The translations under genes and the position numbers were made by a program. 64,000 bases of DNA from Deltaproteobacteria bacterium. GTDB lineage: Bacteria > Myxococcota > Myxococcia > Myxococcales > 40CM-4-68-19. Below are positions 49,382 through 57,866 of the stretch, one piece after another. The notes under the pieces were generated by a model that saw nothing but the letters and a program-made list of their open reading frames with translations, did not search any database and had not been told where the DNA came from. Every line of letters begins with the position of its first letter. Positions within the stretch are counted from its first letter, which is position 1. The DNA lies in the NCBI GenBank assembly GCA_005879535.1, contig VBKI01000047.1, positions 88,731 to 152,730 of the forward strand. Reading direction: 5' to 3'.

Positions 49382-50796
49382 TGCCAGGATAAAGTGCTTT
49401 GGAGCTTGGGATGGCGGGTTCCGAATCTGATCCGGGGGGTGGACCTGCCCGGAACCTTGCGCCTCGAACCCCAAGCTCCAAAGCTGACTAAACACCGGTA
49501 ACGTTCTCGCCGCCTTTCGGCGGCCGCGAGCTGCAGGCTGCAAACCAAATTCAAGTGGCGCGAACCCGACAGCTGTTCGCGCCCTTTGAGTGTGCCCAGC
49601 GACCCAGAAGCCGACCGAAACGATGGTCCCCTTCGAAGGTTCCAGCCTCGCCTGCCGCCGCGCAGCCCGGGTTGACCCCGAACTACGCCGCCTCTCGTGA
49701 AGTTCGTCGCTCCCCGGAGTCTTGTATGCGGACGAATTGCGGGATCATTGGGTTCCCCGCTCCCGCCACGGCCTCGGATTTTCACCCGGGCCCACGCGGT
49801 CTCTCTTCGTCCGCCGTCCACCCCATCTTCCGATGAGGTTTCATCCTCCCTCGAGCTTTCCGCCTCCTTCAGAGTTCTACGGCCTGCGCGCCGCCCTTCG
49901 TGCCTGGTTGAACCTCGCGACCCAACCGAACAGCCGAAGAGCGCCTTCCTTGGGGTTCCCTTCCCTCATCGCGACTTCAGCAGCCGGCGTCTACCATTCC
50001 GCGGGGATTCCCGACCCAGCGGTCACGTTCCGTCCTCGACGTTTCTCACGTCCTCGACGGTTTCCTCCGCCAACTGCCTTCGCGGGCTTGTTTCATCCCG
50101 CTGCCACGTCCAGGGTTTGCCCTTCAGGGGTTTGTCCCTCGCCGCGGAGCCGTACCGGGTTTACCCGGCCGATTCATGCCCTCCTGCCGTTGGACGCAGC
50201 CGCCTGTGACCAGCGACCGCGCCCTCGACTTCAGGGCTTTGCTCCCCGCTCCGAATGCGGTGTCGGTCTAGACGGGTTGGGCCTCGACCGATCCGCGCCC
50301 CTCCTGGGCTTGAGCTCCTCCGGGTTCTCTCCCCGCGCAACGTGGGAACGCCTTCACGTCCCCTCCGCCCTCGACCTTGACCAGGAGGAACCCCTCCCGG
50401 CTGATCCCCGGCGTCTCGCCGTTGCATGGATTGGCTTGCCTGGATTCAGGCTGCCGACCCGCTCGAGCTTTCTGGCCTGAACCCCCGTCCTCCTTTCGAA
50501 AGTCGGGTTCGAGGCCTCGTTTCAGGCGGCCCACCGAGCCGCCGGACACGCAGACCCATAGAGCACGCGTCGTGCCATGCCGCGCGCGGCGTAACTACTC
50601 GGAATTGTTGAAAGTCTGGATCAGGCTGACGCGCACGATCTGGACACATTTCTGTGCGCGGATTGGGGATTTTCCGGGGGAGCCTGTGGTCGGGTTGTGA
50701 ACAAGGGGTGCGAGCGTGTCGGTAGCGCGATGTGAATTGTGCAGGGTGTGGACGATCGATCAGAAGCTGGTCGAGTCGTACAGAGACGCATCAGAC
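49382..50796 (-). ncRNA. candidate large structured non-coding RNA of unknown class (strand assignment tentative)
   Basis: No protein-like ORF and no GC3 periodicity. The + strand is 70-75% pyrimidine in the counted lines, and G+C is lower than in the flanking genes. There are more than 10 perfect local inverted repeats. Read on the minus strand, their loops are GAAA, UAAA and CAAA. See findings. Confidence 0.35.
49397..49483. terminator. long imperfect hairpin 16 nt after the sortilin-like stop (possible bidirectional terminator or 3' element of the adjacent RNA locus)
   Basis: CTTTGGAGCTTGGG (49397-49410) pairs perfectly with CCCAAGCTCCAAAG (49470-49483). An inner stem is formed by GGTTCCG (49417-49423) and CGGAACC (49450-49456). 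There is no clear U tract on either strand. Confidence 0.3.
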
Positions 50797-51210
50797 TCAG
50801 GTCAGAGCATTCTCGGGCTCCAACGGGAACACCCTGCGCACGTCCCCAGGAATCCGCGTAGGCCGTCCGCGAGCCAGGTCGACGTACACCCAGTCGGTCG
50901 CCGCGCGGCAAAGCAACTCGCTTCCGCGGAAGATCTCGGTCCGCCGCACGCTGTTTGCGACCTTCATCGACTCGACGCGCGTCTCGATGCGCAACCGGTC
51001 GCGCAGGACCGCCGCGCGCAGGTACTCGATCTCGTGCCTGCGCACGACCCACGCTTCGCCGCGCGAGATGTACGCCTGCTCGGAAAATCCCAGCGCTGTC
51101 GAGTGCGCCAGCGCCGCGTCCTGGACCCAGCGCAGGTAGACGAGGTTCGAGGCATGCCCGAGGTTGTCGATGTCGGCCTCGAGCACCTCGACTTCATGGA
51201 GGAACGGCAT
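50797..51210 (-). CDS. acyl-CoA thioesterase (4HBT/YbgC-like hotdog fold)
   Basis: MPFLHEVEVLEADIDNLGHASNLVYLRWVQDAALAH... is the typical hotdog thioesterase N-terminus. Confidence 0.8.
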   Translation of the reverse strand: MPFLHEVEVLEADIDNLGHASNLVYLRWVQDAALAHSTALGFSEQAYISRGEAWVVRRHEIEYLRAAVLRDRLRIETRVESMKVANSVRRTEIFRGSELLCRAATDWVYVDLARGRPTRIPGDVRRVFPLEPENALT

Positions 51211-51219
51211 TCGCCGAGC

Positions 51220-51681
51220 TTACGCCGCCTTTGCGTGCGCCGCGTTCCACTTCTCGCGCGCCTCGCGCTGCGCCTTGGCGGAGAGCTCCTTGCGGTGCTT
51301 GTCGCAGATGTAGCCGAACCGCGGGCCGCGCGACATGTTCTTGCAGCCTTCGACCCGGCAGTGCATGTCGAGCCGGCGCCCGCCGCCACCGCGGCTGGCG
51401 CGGGCAATACGGGCCGCCTCCTGGTTTTCCTTGGCGCGTTCGGCGAGGATCCTCTTCTGCTCCCGGACGGGAACGCTCCGTGCATGCTCACGGCAGAACC
51501 AGCGGTTGCGGGGACCTGCGCCGGCGTTCTTGCAACCCGGAAACGGGCACATGCGGATGCCGGTCCGCCGGCCGCCGCGTGCAAAGGCGGAGCGCGCGAA
51601 CATCTGCTCTGCGCGCGCTGCGATTGCGGAGGCGAACTGCTCGATGAAATTGTCCAGCAGGCCGTGGATGGGTTTGGGCAT
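51220..51681 (-). CDS. basic protein with two tandem C-x4-C-x12-C-x2-H zinc-ribbon-like motifs
   Basis: CPFPGCKNAGAGPRNRWFCREH and CRVEGCKNMSRGPRFGYICDKH have identical spacing. Each is followed by a K/R/E-rich helix. The start is taken at Met-17 (51681, MPKPIHGLLDNF). ATG 51729 is an alternative. Confidence 0.65.
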   Translation of the reverse strand: MPKPIHGLLDNFIEQFASAIAARAEQMFARSAFARGGRRTGIRMCPFPGCKNAGAGPRNRWFCREHARSVPVREQKRILAERAKENQEAARIARASRGGGGRRLDMHCRVEGCKNMSRGPRFGYICDKHRKELSAKAQREAREKWNAAHAKAA

Positions 51682-51782
51682 GTTCGTCCGCCAAGAAACG
51701 CGGCTTGAAAGCTGGCCGGTGGGGCTCATTCTCTAGCCGATTCGACAATGGATTGCTAGAACCAACGTCTTAAGCGAGTACC

Positions 51783-53072
51783 ATGGAGCTTGGTAATCTA
51801 CATCGGGCGCACGTCGGGCAACTGTTGCGACAAGTTGCTCCCCTGCTGGAGAACGGCGGTTTTTCGGCGCTGGTCGTCCACTCAGGGACGCCGCTCAAGC
51901 GCACCGACGCGGACGATCAGTACTGGCCGCTGCGACCCACGCCGCACTTCCAGCACTGGCTTCCCCTCGCCGACCCGGGGTGCCTGCTGATCGTCGTGCC
52001 GGGACGAAAGCCCGTCCTCGTCCGTCCCCATCCGCAGAGCTTCTGGGAAGCGCTGGCTCCGCCGGAAACGGATCACTTCTGGGATTCGTTCGAGGTCATG
52101 GACGCGGCGCCCGCCTTTCCCAAAGGGCGCGTGGCTTTCGTCGGCGACGATGCGGCCGCGGCGGCCGCGCTGAAGATCGCCGACGTCAATCCACCGGCGC
52201 TGGTGCGCGCGCTCGATGCGCTGCGCGTCTACAAGACTCCATACGAGGTGGAATGCCTCGCCGAGGCGAATCGCAGAGCGGCGCGCGGGCACGAGGAGCT
52301 GCGGCGCCTGTTCCAGGGCGCGGATCCGAGCGAGCTCCAGCTGCATCTCGCGTTCCTCGGCGCCACCCGGCAGGACGATGCGGAAACGCCTTACAAGAAC
52401 ATCGTGGCGCTGGGAAAGCACGCGGCGACGCTCCACCACGTCAGCTACGCGAAGCGCGCCCAGCCGGCGCAGTCATTGCTCGTCGACGCCGGCGCCTGTT
52501 TTGCCGGCTACTGCTCCGACATCACCCGCACCTGGGTGAAGGGTGGCGGAGCGGGCGCGACCGCTTTCGCGCAACTCGTCAGCGCCATGGAAGCGATGCA
52601 GCAGAGACTCTGCGCGCAGGTGCGGGTGGGGATGCCCTACGAGCAGCTCCACGACGAGTCGCACCGGCAGGTCGCCGCCATCCTGCGCGAGGTCGGAATC
52701 TCGCCGCTGCCGGCGGACGAGCTGGTCTCGCGCGGGATCACTCGCGCGTTCTATCCGCACGGCCTCGGGCATTCCCTCGGGCTGCAATGCCATGACGTCG
52801 GCTGCGCCCTGCGGCCGCCGCGCGAGGACAATCCTTTCCTGCGCAATACGACCGACATTGCGCCGGGACAGGTCTTCACCATCGAGCCGGGGCTCTACTT
52901 CATCGAGGCGCTGCTCGCGCCGTTGCGCAAATCGCCCGACATCGACTGGAAGCTGGTCGACGCGCTCACGGCTTTCGGCGGGATCCGCATCGAGGACGAC
53001 GTCGTGGTGCAGGACCAGGGGATCCGCAACCTCACCCGCGAAGTCCTGCCGGTCGGCGGCGGGCAAGCCTGA
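51783..53072 (+). CDS. pepQ: Xaa-Pro dipeptidase (M24B)
   Basis: ...YKTPYEVECLAEANRRAARGH...LVDAGACFAGYCSDITRTW...HGLGHSLGLQCHD...FTIEPGLY...GGIRIEDDVVV contains the M24B metal ligands. Confidence 0.9.
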   Translation: MELGNLHRAHVGQLLRQVAPLLENGGFSALVVHSGTPLKRTDADDQYWPLRPTPHFQHWLPLADPGCLLIVVPGRKPVLVRPHPQSFWEALAPPETDHFWDSFEVMDAAPAFPKGRVAFVGDDAAAAAALKIADVNPPALVRALDALRVYKTPYEVECLAEANRRAARGHEELRRLFQGADPSELQLHLAFLGATRQDDAETPYKNIVALGKHAATLHHVSYAKRAQPAQSLLVDAGACFAGYCSDITRTWVKGGGAGATAFAQLVSAMEAMQQRLCAQVRVGMPYEQLHDESHRQVAAILREVGISPLPADELVSRGITRAFYPHGLGHSLGLQCHDVGCALRPPREDNPFLRNTTDIAPGQVFTIEPGLYFIEALLAPLRKSPDIDWKLVDALTAFGGIRIEDDVVVQDQGIRNLTREVLPVGGGQA

Positions 53073-53090
53073 AGAACTTCATCTGAGACG

Positions 53091-54497
53091 TTACGCGGGA
53101 ACGCTTTCCTGATTCGCGGCGACGAAGGCGACCGGCTTGTAGAGCGCGGCGATGACGGCAAAGAGGATGGCGCCGGCGGTCATGAAGGCTGCCCAGAAGA
53201 GGAAGTAGTTCGCGCGCGAGGCGAACTCCACGTTGCGCGTCACCAGGCTGGTGACGAAGGAGCCGCCGCCGATGCTCAGCGTGTACATGCTCATGATCGC
53301 GCCCTTCATCCGCCTGGGCGCCTGCGTGTATGCGAACTCCAGGCCGGTCACGCTGACGAGGGTCTCCGCCACGGCGATGATCACGTACTGGATCGACTGC
53401 CAGGCGATGTGCGGGTGATCGCCCCCATCGATCCAGCGCTGGATCATCGCCGCGGAGAGGAAGGCGGGGACCGCGATGAACATCCCCGTCGTCATGCGCC
53501 GCAGCATCGTCGGCCGCAGCCCGGCGCGCTCGAGGGCGGGATACACGGCGTACGCAAAGAGCGGCACCATGATCAGGATGAGGATGGCGTTGAGCGCCTC
53601 CATCTGCGCCGACTCCATGTGCCAGCCGAATACGTCGCGGTTCATCTGCTCGGCCTGGTTGAACCACGACGAGCCGTACTGGAAATAGAGCGCCCAGAAG
53701 GTGATCGTCGGCGCGAAGACCATCGCGATGCGGAAGACCGAGCGCGTTCCTGTCACCGCCTCCTCGCCGTGTTTGCGGCGCGCCGCGTCCTCGCCTTCGC
53801 GGAACCGGGTGCGAAGCACGGCGACGAAGGAGTTGGGATCGCGGCCCGCCGGCGGAACCTTCACGTACAGGCGTTTGCCGGCGAGATAGATGACGAGCGC
53901 GAGCGCCATCAGGACGCCCGGCACGCCGAAGGCCCACGCCACCGCGCTGCGCTCGCAGAGCTTGATCGCGCCGAAGGCGCACCCCGCCAGCAGCCAGGGC
54001 GTAGCGATCTGGGACGTCGCCGAGCCGATGTTGATGGCGACGTAGAAGAGCGAGTAGACCCGGTCGAGCAGGCCGCGCTGCTCCTGGCGGAACTGATCTC
54101 CCACGAACGCGGAGAGATTGGGCTTGATGCCGGCCTGCCCCACCACGATCAACGTCATGCCGAGGAACAGCAGGCTCGCGCGCGCCCCCGGAGCGAGGTC
54201 CATCGCCGCCAACGTCGCGTGGCCGGCGACGTATCCGTAGGAGAGCCAGAGGATCGTTCGATAGCGCCCGAAGAAGCGGTCGGAGAGCCATGCGCCGACC
54301 ACCGTCATCGCGTACGCGGCCGCGACGAAGTCGTGGTAGACGCCCTCGGCGCGGTTGCGCGGCCAGTTCAGGTACTGCTGCATGTACGGAACGAGGATGG
54401 TGCTCATCCCGTAGAAGCTGAACCGCTCGCAAGCCTCGTTGCCGAGGATGTATTTGACCGCGGCCGGGAACCTGCGGCCGTTCACGTCACCAGCCAC
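53091..54497 (-). CDS. proton-dependent oligopeptide transporter (POT/PTR2 family)
   Basis: ...ILGNEACERFSFYGMSTILVPYM... is the ExxERFxYYG-type motif. The protein has about 12-14 TM segments. Confidence 0.9.
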   Translation of the reverse strand: MAGDVNGRRFPAAVKYILGNEACERFSFYGMSTILVPYMQQYLNWPRNRAEGVYHDFVAAAYAMTVVGAWLSDRFFGRYRTILWLSYGYVAGHATLAAMDLAPGARASLLFLGMTLIVVGQAGIKPNLSAFVGDQFRQEQRGLLDRVYSLFYVAINIGSATSQIATPWLLAGCAFGAIKLCERSAVAWAFGVPGVLMALALVIYLAGKRLYVKVPPAGRDPNSFVAVLRTRFREGEDAARRKHGEEAVTGTRSVFRIAMVFAPTITFWALYFQYGSSWFNQAEQMNRDVFGWHMESAQMEALNAILILIMVPLFAYAVYPALERAGLRPTMLRRMTTGMFIAVPAFLSAAMIQRWIDGGDHPHIAWQSIQYVIIAVAETLVSVTGLEFAYTQAPRRMKGAIMSMYTLSIGGGSFVTSLVTRNVEFASRANYFLFWAAFMTAGAILFAVIAALYKPVAFVAANQESVPA

Positions 54498-56304
54498 ATC
54501 GCTTCCCCTGGTTCTGCTGCTTCAGCCATCCTTCCAGCGGCTGGAAGTACTCGAGCAACGCGCTCCCGTCCATCTGCCGCTGACCGGTCATCGCCTCCAG
54601 CGCGTCCGGCCACGGCTTGCTGGCGCCGAGCGCGAGCATCTTCCAGAGGCGCTGGCCCGCTTCCTTGCTGCCGTAGAACGAGCACTGGTGCAGCGGACCT
54701 TTCTGGCCGGCGGCCTGGCACATCGCCCGGTAGAACTGGAACTGCAGGAGCCGCGCGAGGAAGTACCTCGTGTACGCGACGTTTGCCGGGATGTGGTACT
54801 TGGCGCCCGGATCGAAGTCCTGTTCGGTGCGCGCGACCGGCGCGGATACGCCCTGGTCCCTGGTGCGCAGCGCCCACCAGGCCTTGTTGTACTCCGAGGG
54901 CGCCGTCTTTCCGCTGAACACGTCCCAGCGCCACTGGTCGATCAGCTTGCCGAAAGGCAGGAACGCGACCTTGGCCAGCGCGTTCTTCATCTGGAAGTTG
55001 ATCACCGCCTTCTCGTCGCTCTGGATCGCCGGGACGAGGCCGAGCTGCTTCAGATACCCGGGCGTCATCGAGAGGACCAGCGCGTCGCCGATGGCCTCGT
55101 GGAAGCCGTCGTTCGCTCCCGCTTGATAGAGGAACGGCAGCTTGTAATAGGCATGGAAGTAATAGTCGTGCCCGAGCTCGTGGTGGACGGTGGTGAGATC
55201 CTCCTCGGTCGGCGGGTTGCGGATGCACATCTTGATCCGCAGGTCGTCGGAGAAGCTGACGTCCCAGGCGCTGGCGTGGCAGACCACCTCGCGGTCGCGG
55301 GGCTTTACGATCATCGACCGTTCCCAGAACGTCTTCGGCAGAGGATCGAGCCCCATCGAGGTGAAGAACGCCTCGCCGGTCTTCACCACCCGCGTCGCGT
55401 CCCACTTCTGCGCGGCGAGCGCACCGTCGACGTCGAGGTTGGCGACTCCCTTGTACGGCTCGACCAGCGGATAGACGTTGGTCCATTCCTGCGCCCACAT
55501 GTTGCCGAGCAGGTGCGCCGGGATCGGCTTGCCGTCGGGGACCTTGTCCTTGCCGTAGGTCTTCTGGAGCTGCGCGCGGACATAGCAATGCAGGTCGTCG
55601 TACAGCGGCTTCACTTGCTGCCAGAGGCGGTCGGTCTCCTTCTCGAACTGCTCGGGAGGCATGTCGTAACCGGCGCGCCACATGTCGCCCATGTTGGCGA
55701 AGCCGGCGCCGCGCGCGCCCTCGTTCTCGAGCTGCACGAACCGCTCGTAGCGCTGGCGCTGTGGCCGGGCCGTATCGTGCCAGGACCGCCAGGCATCGAG
55801 CAGCTCATCGTAGTTGTGGCTGCGGTCGACGATCTTCGAGAGCTCCTCGAGGTCGCGGCCCTTCGCATCCTTGGCGGCGCCGTAATAGCCCTCGAGCCGC
55901 GCGCCCAGCGAGGTCAGCTCCTGCCGCTTCGCCGGATCGTCGATGACGAGGCTCCCGATCCGCAGCAGGTAGAGCATCCGGGTGGTATCCGCATCGAGCG
56001 ACATGTCCTTGAACTTCGTCGCCGTCTTCGCGGCGTCGCTGGAGTATGCCAGCAGGCGCTCGTTGGCGACGGCGGCGTTCCGCTCGGTGTCGTCGGTGAT
56101 GTACGTGCTCTTGATCCACTCCGCCGTCGACGACTCGACCGACAGGTGCTTGAGGTCCTCGTTCACCTTCGCCACGAATTGCTTCGCGTCGCCCGGGGAC
56201 GCCTGCCGCACCTGGGCGCTGCTGGTGGCTGGAGGCGCCTGCCGGGTGGCGGCGGGCGCGCACGCGACGAGCGCGCCGGCAGCGAGCACGAGGGCGTTCT
56301 TCAT
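54487..56304 (-). CDS. M2 family peptidyl-dipeptidase (angiotensin-converting-enzyme-like) lipoprotein
   Basis: The ATG at 56304 gives MKNALVLAAGALVACAP (lipobox). HHELGH...HEAIGD is the HEXXH+E zinc site. The length (605 aa) and conserved blocks (GNMWAQEW, FHEAIGD) match single-domain ACE homologues. Confidence 0.9.
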   Translation of the reverse strand: MKNALVLAAGALVACAPAATRQAPPATSSAQVRQASPGDAKQFVAKVNEDLKHLSVESSTAEWIKSTYITDDTERNAAVANERLLAYSSDAAKTATKFKDMSLDADTTRMLYLLRIGSLVIDDPAKRQELTSLGARLEGYYGAAKDAKGRDLEELSKIVDRSHNYDELLDAWRSWHDTARPQRQRYERFVQLENEGARGAGFANMGDMWRAGYDMPPEQFEKETDRLWQQVKPLYDDLHCYVRAQLQKTYGKDKVPDGKPIPAHLLGNMWAQEWTNVYPLVEPYKGVANLDVDGALAAQKWDATRVVKTGEAFFTSMGLDPLPKTFWERSMIVKPRDREVVCHASAWDVSFSDDLRIKMCIRNPPTEEDLTTVHHELGHDYYFHAYYKLPFLYQAGANDGFHEAIGDALVLSMTPGYLKQLGLVPAIQSDEKAVINFQMKNALAKVAFLPFGKLIDQWRWDVFSGKTAPSEYNKAWWALRTRDQGVSAPVARTEQDFDPGAKYHIPANVAYTRYFLARLLQFQFYRAMCQAAGQKGPLHQCSFYGSKEAGQRLWKMLALGASKPWPDALEAMTGQRQMDGSALLEYFQPLEGWLKQQNQGKRCGW

Positions 56305-56315
56305 GGCGGCGCAGG

Positions 56316-57866
56316 CTACTTGAACAGCGTGTCGAAGCGCCAGCGCTCGCGGGCGCCCCGCCAGAGCTGCTGAACGGTCCGCGCCGCGACCGCCACCGGG
56401 TCGGCGGTGACGGGAACGGCGTCGGCGGGCCGGAAGTACACGTTGGCCGCGCCGCCCTGTGGGACGGCGACGAAGAAGGGAAGGAACACGGACCCGTCGC
56501 TCACCAGCGCCTGGTAATCGCCGAGGAACCAGGCCGGACCCTCGACGAGGGGAGCGGCCTGCAGGTTGAAGGGAGCTCCGATCATCGACTCGGTGAACGT
56601 CGTGCCACCGTCGGTGGACACGGCGAGCCAATGCGTGACGAGAAGGTGCGTGGAGTCGGCCGGATCGTCGCGGCGCAGATCGTAGTAGGTGACGCCGATC
56701 TTTCCGCCGTTGGCGACGGCGACGGTGGGCGTGAACGCAGGCGCGGAGGCTCCGTTGACCTGGACGGGCGCAGACCAGTTGAGTCCGCCGTCGATGCTCC
56801 TGGAGAGCGCGATGCCGTCGCGCGCCATCTGGGAGAAGCGCGCGTCTTCCCAGACGACATAGAGGGTGCCGTTGCTGGAGCGGTCGAGGGCGACGCTGTG
56901 GACCACGCTGCCCGAACGGATTCCGCGCTTCGTCTTGGGGTCGTTGACGCCGACGAACTGTGCCTCGGCGATGCTGACGGCCGGGTCGGGCCAGGTCTCG
57001 CCCCGGCTGGACGATCGAATTGCCTGGATGGTGATGCGCGGATTCGTCGAGCTGTTTTGCGCCGCGACCATCAGCACGTTCACCAGCGCGCCGCCGGGCA
57101 ACACGGCGATCTGGTTGGAGATGGTCTGCGTGTCGGGGCCGGGATCGTAGATCTGGCGGGCTGGCTCCCAGGTGTCGCCGCCGTCGGTCGTGCGCGCGAA
57201 CCAGGCTGGTCCCGTGTTCTTCGAGTTGGTGGGATCGGTGAAGCCGGTGAGCCGATCCCAGACCGCGTAAGCGTACTTCGCGTCGAGCGGGTCCGCGGTG
57301 ACGGTCTCCTTGTCCATCACCAGATTCGGGTCGACGTCGTGCTGCAGCGTCTTCGGCTCGTCCCAGGTGAGTCCGCGATCGCTCGAGCGGCTGACAAGCA
57401 TGGCGCGGTTCACCTTGTCCTGGTCGTACGCGTAGACGATCACGAAGGCGGTGCCGGTCGGGCCGATCGTGACCCACGGATCGGTCCCGCGCTGGTAGGC
57501 GCCTTCGCTGCACCGCGTGAACCGCGGGGTCGTCCGCTGCCAGGTGTGGCCGCCGTCGAACGTGACGGCGCTGACCACGCCGTTGGAACCACCGTTGGAC
57601 CAGCGGTCCTGCTGCCAGGCGCCGATGAGGTGCTTGGGATCGGTCGGATCGATGGCGACCGAGGGCTCGACCTCCGCGTCGTGGAAGACAACGCCCGTGC
57701 CCGCGGGACCCGTGCAGGAGCTGGCCCAGGGAGCATTGGTGGAAACGGTGACCAACCCAGGAATCGATTGCGAAGGCGTTTCGTCGTCGCCGGCACAGGC
57801 GGCGCATGCCAGCAGCAATGCCGCGGCGCGCGCGCAGACGGAACGCGGTGGTACAAGGTCGCCCAT
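56316..57866 (-). CDS. BNR/sialidase-fold lipoprotein
   Basis: The ATG at 57866 gives [24 protein letters not shown] (lipobox). BNR-like motifs [40 protein letters not shown] and STDGGTTF. Confidence 0.85.
   Translation of the reverse strand: MGDLVPPRSVCARAAALLLACAACAGDDETPSQSIPGLVTVSTNAPWASSCTGPAGTGVVFHDAEVEPSVAIDPTDPKHLIGAWQQDRWSNGGSNGVVSAVTFDGGHTWQRTTPRFTRCSEGAYQRGTDPWVTIGPTGTAFVIVYAYDQDKVNRAMLVSRSSDRGLTWDEPKTLQHDVDPNLVMDKETVTADPLDAKYAYAVWDRLTGFTDPTNSKNTGPAWFARTTDGGDTWEPARQIYDPGPDTQTISNQIAVLPGGALVNVLMVAAQNSSTNPRITIQAIRSSSRGETWPDPAVSIAEAQFVGVNDPKTKRGIRSGSVVHSVALDRSSNGTLYVVWEDARFSQMARDGIALSRSIDGGLNWSAPVQVNGASAPAFTPTVAVANGGKIGVTYYDLRRDDPADSTHLLVTHWLAVSTDGGTTFTESMIGAPFNLQAAPLVEGPAWFLGDYQALVSDGSVFLPFFVAVPQGGAANVYFRPADAVPVTADPVAVAARTVQQLWRGARERWRFDTLFK

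Noticed and set aside
50147-50175. Group II intron domain V-like string on the + strand (GAGCCGTA CCGGG TTTA CCCGG CCGATTC), plus GTGCGCG on the minus strand at 50636..50630 resembling a GUGYG intron 5' end
   Set aside because: The 3' half cannot pair with the 5' half as a domain V should: the lower helix is broken and there is no 2-nt bulge. The two signals lie on opposite strands. No reverse-transcriptase/maturase ORF or remnant is present, and I found no domain VI with a bulged A. A degenerate ORF-less intron cannot be excluded without covariance-model searches.
49722-50480. 252-aa + strand ORF (MYADELRDHW...) and neighbouring ORFs as real genes or a decayed gene
   Set aside because: Third-codon positions are not GC-enriched, unlike all real genes here. 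The translation is P/S/R/F-rich, which is typical of reading the antisense of a purine-rich structured sequence. All six frames carry overlapping ORFs of similar quality.
49382-50796. Possibility that the non-coding locus is an rRNA fragment, RNase P RNA, tmRNA or a cobalamin riboswitch (GGGUGAAAAUCC at about 49775-49786 on the minus strand)
   Set aside because: None of the universally conserved blocks I can recall is present. That includes the 16S 515 region, the 23S GTPase and peptidyl-transferase segments, RNase P GAGGAAAGUCCGGGC, the tmRNA tRNA-like end and the B12 box. The short similarities are too brief to mean anything.
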